64,000 nucleotides of DNA, taken from contig CAVUOQ010000015.1 in the NCBI GenBank assembly GCA_963743175.1, positions 8,220 to 72,219 of the forward strand, read 5' to 3'. The notes under the pieces were generated by a model that saw nothing but the letters and a program-made list of their open reading frames with translations, made no database searches and was not told the origin of the DNA. The position numbers and the translations under genes were made by a program. The DNA is from an uncultured delta proteobacterium. Lineage in GTDB: Bacteria; Desulfobacterota; Syntrophia; Syntrophales; Fen-1087. Of this stretch, positions 60,146 to 64,000 are shown piece by piece (the stretch's first letter is position 1; the number at the start of each line of letters is the position of its first letter).

Positions 60146-61650
60146 ATGATTAGAAAACTCCGCATCTTCATTCCGGCCATCCTCCTGACTCTCCTGTTGC
60201 AGCCCCTATCGGCGGCAGAGACTGATCTTGAAAGCCGGGTTCTGAAATTCACACTGAAAAACGGGATAAGGGTCCTGCTCCTTGAGCGGCGCCTGAGCCC
60301 GACGGTTTCCCTTTACATTCGACAGCGGACGGGCGCTGTCGATGAAATCAGCGGTAAGACCGGTTCAGCGCACCTGCTGGAACACATGATGTTCAAGGGG
60401 ACCACCACCATCGGTACCCGCAATTATGAAAGTGAGCGTGACGTCCTGCAGAAAATCAGAGAAACGGGACGGCAGCTTGATTTTGAACGCAGGAAAGCGG
60501 ACGGGGTTGATGCCAAAGCCATCGCGGCGCTCCAGAACAAACTCAAAGCGCTCCAGAAAGAGCATAAACCGTGGATGATTCCGAATGAACTGGACCGGAT
60601 CTATACCGAAAACGGCGCGGAAGAAATGAACGCCAGCACCGGCCAGGACCTGACGACCTATCATGTCAGCCTGCCGTCAAACAAAATTGAACTGTGGGCG
60701 CGAATCGAATCGGACCGGCTGCAAAATCCCGTTTTTCGTGAGTTCTACACGGAGCGGGATGTCATCATGGAGGAACGGCGTCAGCGGATCGAGACCAATC
60801 CCGGGGGAAAACTGGCCGAACAGTTTTTTGCCGCAGCGTTTCAGGCTCACCCTTATGGCCGCCCGATCCTGGGCTGGCCGTCGGATATGCGCTTTCTGAG
60901 CATGGACGATGTATCGACCTTCTTCCATCAAGCCCGCGCGCCCCACCACACGGTCATTGCCGTTGTCGGCGACATCAATCCGCGAAGAGAACGCTTTCCG
61001 TCATCCGGAAATACTTCGGAGAACATCTCGGCCCGGAAGACGGACCTCCCATTCATCAACGGGGAGCCCCACCCATCCGCTGAAAGACGCGTGGAAGTGG
61101 GCTTTGACGCCAAACCGCAGCTCATGATCGGGTATCACAAGCCGCCCCCGCCCACTCAGGATGATTATATTTTCGATGTGATTGAAGCCATTCTGTCCAA
61201 GGGAAGGACCTCAAGGTTTTACCGCAAAATGGTCGAAGAGCTGAAGGTCGCCGAGAGCGTGGCAACGGCAAACGGCACACCGGGGGCGCGTTACCCCAAC
61301 CTCTTTGCAATCTTTGCGACCCCCCGTCGCCCCCATGAATGCCGTGAACTGGAGCAGGCCATCGATGCGGGAACTGGAAAGACTCAAGCGGGAGCCGGTT
61401 CCGGAGCAGGAACTGCAAAAAATCAAAAACCAGATGAAAGCCGATTTTATCCGGAGCCTCAATTCCAACAACGGCTTGGCGAGCATGCTCTCTTATTACG
61501 AGACCCTATTAGAAGATTATCACTATCTAAACAACTATATCAAAAAGATATTATCCATAAAATATCGCCCGACGAGATCCTGCAGGCCGCGCAAAAATAT
61601 CTCAGGAAAGAGAACAGGACGGTGGCAACGCTTATATCCAGCCTGACCAA
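60146..61650 (+). pseudogene. M16 (pitrilysin/insulinase-family) zinc peptidase with about four internal frame changes and a 3' end lost at the assembly junction
   Basis: HLLEHMMFKGT (HxxEH) active site. Family-typical segments (VIRKYFGEHLGPEDGPP; RELERLKREPVPEQELQKIKNQMKADFIRSLNSNNGLASML) are encoded in other frames between about 60980-61055 and 61368-61555. Confidence 0.75.
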
Positions 61651-61908
61651 CGATTCAAAAGCATTGTCAAATGATGTCTTCGAAAGATTTGGAAGAACAA
61701 TTTACGAAAAAATGTTGCTTCGGAATATGCACCCTGATTTCTGCGACTTTGTCTTTGATGGTATGACTTACGTTGCTCCAGCTTCAAATACACATCTACT
61801 TTAATAATCCGGTCAATGAAACGTGTTTAATTTGGATAGTTTTTTCTGTACGTACTCGGTTAGCCTGCTGTCTGCACTAAAGTGAACCGTCTGAATGTTA
61901 ACGTTCAT
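61640..61908 (-). pseudogene. hpf: ribosome hibernation-promoting factor (HPF/RaiA), Bacteroidota-like, frameshifted and 3'-truncated
   Basis: MNVNIQTVHFSADSRLTEYVQKKLSKLNTFH, then a stop. The protein continues as DRIIKVDVYLKLEQ, HTIKDKVAEIRVHIPKQHFFV and FDNAFESLV in other frames. Confidence 0.7.
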
Positions 61909-62067
61909 AGAATCGTATTTTTTTAACAGTGAACAATAAATGAAAGAACTATTTCTCGCCTTCCAGGAGCGGGAATGGTAGTACAATGAAATTAAGCTCC
62001 GGGGGGTATTTTTCCAAATAAATTTTGTCAAAAAAAGTGACTAAAATTGAGAAGGTCATTTCAGGGC

Positions 62068-62986
62068 TCAGGCTTTAGGATGCGCCCTTTTGTAGACATC
62101 TTTTAACTTCTCAATGGAATTATGCGTATAAACCTGCGTTGCCGCCAGGCTTGAATGCCCCAATAGTTCTTTTACCGAATTGAGGTCTGCACCACTGTTT
62201 GTCAGGAGAGTGGCAAAGCTGTGTCTGAGCACATGCGGACTTTTTTTGTCTATTGTCGTGATCAGGGCCAAATATTTTTTGACCGCCAGGTACGCATATT
62301 TGGGATATAACTTTTTCCCCTTTTCATTCACCAGGAGAAATACCGGATCGGCATTGTGTCGCTTGATCTTTTTTGCTTCTTTCGAGGTACTCTTTAATTG
62401 CATTCAATGAGCTGCCGGGCTTACTGGAATAATTCTTTCTTTATTTCCTTTTCCAACACTTTGCACGTGCACGATTTCCGAAATCCAGCTTGTCTTCTCG
62501 CAATTGGATCAAGCTCATTAAGACGCATTCCTGTTTGGTAAAAAATGGAAATCATTAGGTGATCTGTAGTGCCATGCCAGTTATCGGGAAACTCAATGTG
62601 CGAAAGATACATGAACTTAGATCTTTTTGCTCTACGAATACCGGCAGGCGCTTCGTGGTTTTCGGGGTGGTTATGTTCGTCATCGGCGATTTTGTCAGTC
62701 CGCCTGTCTTCAGCAGGAATTTAAAGTAAGATTGCAAGGTGGAGATCTTCCGGATGATTGAACGGGAAGATACCTTCCTGTCTTTGAGTGAAGCCAGCCA
62801 GCTCCTGACATAGGAAGATGAAATTTCCTGAACGCTGATTTCGCCGAATGTCTTTTCCAGGTAGGCAATGAATTGCTCCAGGTCATCATTATAGGACCGC
62901 ACGGTGTGCTCCGAATATCGCTTTTCGAATTTCAGATAATCAATGAAGGGCTGTATTTGCTGGTTCAAGTTTTGAACTTTGCCCAA
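62068..62986 (-). pseudogene. tyrosine recombinase XerC/XerD-like, split over three frames
   Basis: N-terminal SAM-like domain (YLKFEKRYSEHTVRSYNDDL), middle part (LMISIFYQTGMRLNEL) and C-terminus (HVLRHSFATLL ... LGHSSLAATQVYTH) lie in ORFs 62555-62986, 62421-62612 and 62068-62403. Confidence 0.75.
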
Positions 62987-63080
62987 AGTTATTGAATCAT
63001 AGGCACTTGAGTAAGAATGCCAGAAAATAAAAAAGCCATCCCGAATATCGGGATGGCTTCAAATATTATTACGTGGGTCT

Positions 63081-63278
63081 TTAAACGTCAAACTTGCCGG
63101 CTGCCAGCTGCTGACGGTAAACAGCCTTCAATACTTCCCCTCTCCTCTTGATAGAAGGTTTGGTATATGACTGACGGGCCCTTAGCTGGACCAATACCTT
63201 AGCCTTCTCAAATTTCTTTTTATACTTTTTGAGCGCCTTGTCTATGTTTTCGCAATCTTTTGAATCAATGATCAACAT
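63081..63278 (-). CDS. rpsU: 30S ribosomal protein S21
   Basis: IDKALKKYKKKFEKAKVLVQLRARQSYTKPS is typical of S21. Confidence 0.9.
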   Translation of the reverse strand: MLIIDSKDCENIDKALKKYKKKFEKAKVLVQLRARQSYTKPSIKRRGEVLKAVYRQQLAAGKFDV

Positions 63279-63371
63279 ATTGAAATACCTCCTTTAATGG
63301 TTCGGGCTGCAAAGATAAAATGAAAAAATGAAATTCGGAAATGGAACCCATAAAATTCCGATTTTTACCGC

Positions 63372-63980
63372 ATGTTTACCGGAATCATTGAAACCCTGGG
63401 CACCATTCAAAAGATTGAAGCCAATGGTTCTAATCGAAGTTTCTGGCTTTCATCGCCCATTGCACAGGATCTGCGAATTGATCAAAGCCTGGCCCATGAT
63501 GGCGTTTGCCTCACAGTGGAAGAGATCCGGGAATCTTTGCACAGGGTGACTGCGATCAAAGAAACGCTGGATAAAACGAATATCAAAGCATGGAAACTTA
63601 AAGACCAGATTAATCTCGAAAGATGTCTCTCATTCAATGGACGGCTTGACGGCCATATCGTTCAGGGTCACGTGGATTGCACGCTGACTTGCAAAGCCAG
63701 AAAAGAATTGAACGGATCCTGGGAGTTTACTTTCGAATTGCCCAAAAAATTCACCCAATACATTATAGAAAAAGGGTCAATCACCATCAATGGCATTAGC
63801 CTCACCGTTTTTGACCTTCGAAAAAAGACATTCAAGGTTGCGATTATCCCATATACTTTTGGTCATACGAATATTAAAAACCTCAACTCCGGCATGGAGG
63901 TAAATGCAGAATTTGACCTGATCGGCAAATATATCCTGCGTAGTCTGCAAGTTTCAGGGAAACCGTCTCTTAAGTCTTAA
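63372..63980 (+). CDS. ribE: riboflavin synthase (alpha chain)
   Basis: MFTGIIETLGTI N-terminus and duplicated lumazine-binding repeats (SLAHDGVCLTV / GSITINGISLTV). Confidence 0.93.
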   Translation: MFTGIIETLGTIQKIEANGSNRSFWLSSPIAQDLRIDQSLAHDGVCLTVEEIRESLHRVTAIKETLDKTNIKAWKLKDQINLERCLSFNGRLDGHIVQGHVDCTLTCKARKELNGSWEFTFELPKKFTQYIIEKGSITINGISLTVFDLRKKTFKVAIIPYTFGHTNIKNLNSGMEVNAEFDLIGKYILRSLQVSGKPSLKS

Positions 63981-64000
63981 GAAGCGCGATTCAAATATTT

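Noticed and set aside
60970-61565. Programmed ribosomal frameshifting in the M16 peptidase gene
   Set aside because: Four frame changes occur without slippery-site or stimulator architecture. Neighbouring hpf and xerC-like genes are also broken, and the region borders an assembly junction. Indel errors or decay are far more likely.

Overview
About 61.6 kb of this window is chromosomal core from a moderately GC-rich anaerobe. By inference only, the gene content resembles a delta-proteobacterial or Desulfobacterota (Syntrophia-like) genome: two iorAB loci, many sigma-54/Fe-S/radical-SAM genes and a Liv-type ABC operon with an embedded CoA ligase. Recognisable housekeeping genes are adk, a uvrD-like helicase, rmuC, aspS, hisS, comEC, recJ, rpmB, pfk, purN, purM, recG, hom, dnaE, guaB and dtd. 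No rRNA, tRNA or CRISPR array was recognised.

Five things stand out:
1. A promoter, a Phe-codon-rich leader peptide and a terminator/antiterminator lie upstream of the ABC-transporter/AMP-ligase operon at 22.2-29.6 kb.
2. A previously unrecognised 165-bp MITE-like element with inverted-repeat ends occurs 7 times, always intergenic. Some copies have short flanking direct repeats, and one copy has its core inverted relative to its termini.
3. A second family of GC-rich hairpin (REP-like) repeats is present.
4. A 4-kb decayed defence/TA islet lies between recG and hom. It holds fragments of vapC, type III res and mod, and a UvrD-like helicase, plus intact higBA-like genes and an intact HNH-nuclease + MazG-like pair.
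5. At about 61.64 kb there is an abrupt junction to AT-rich, Bacteroidota-like sequence (hpf, xerC-like, rpsU, ribE). Frameshifts cluster on both sides of it, so this is most likely a chimeric or concatenated assembly.

All protein calls rest on motif and family recognition from the supplied translations; no database search was possible.
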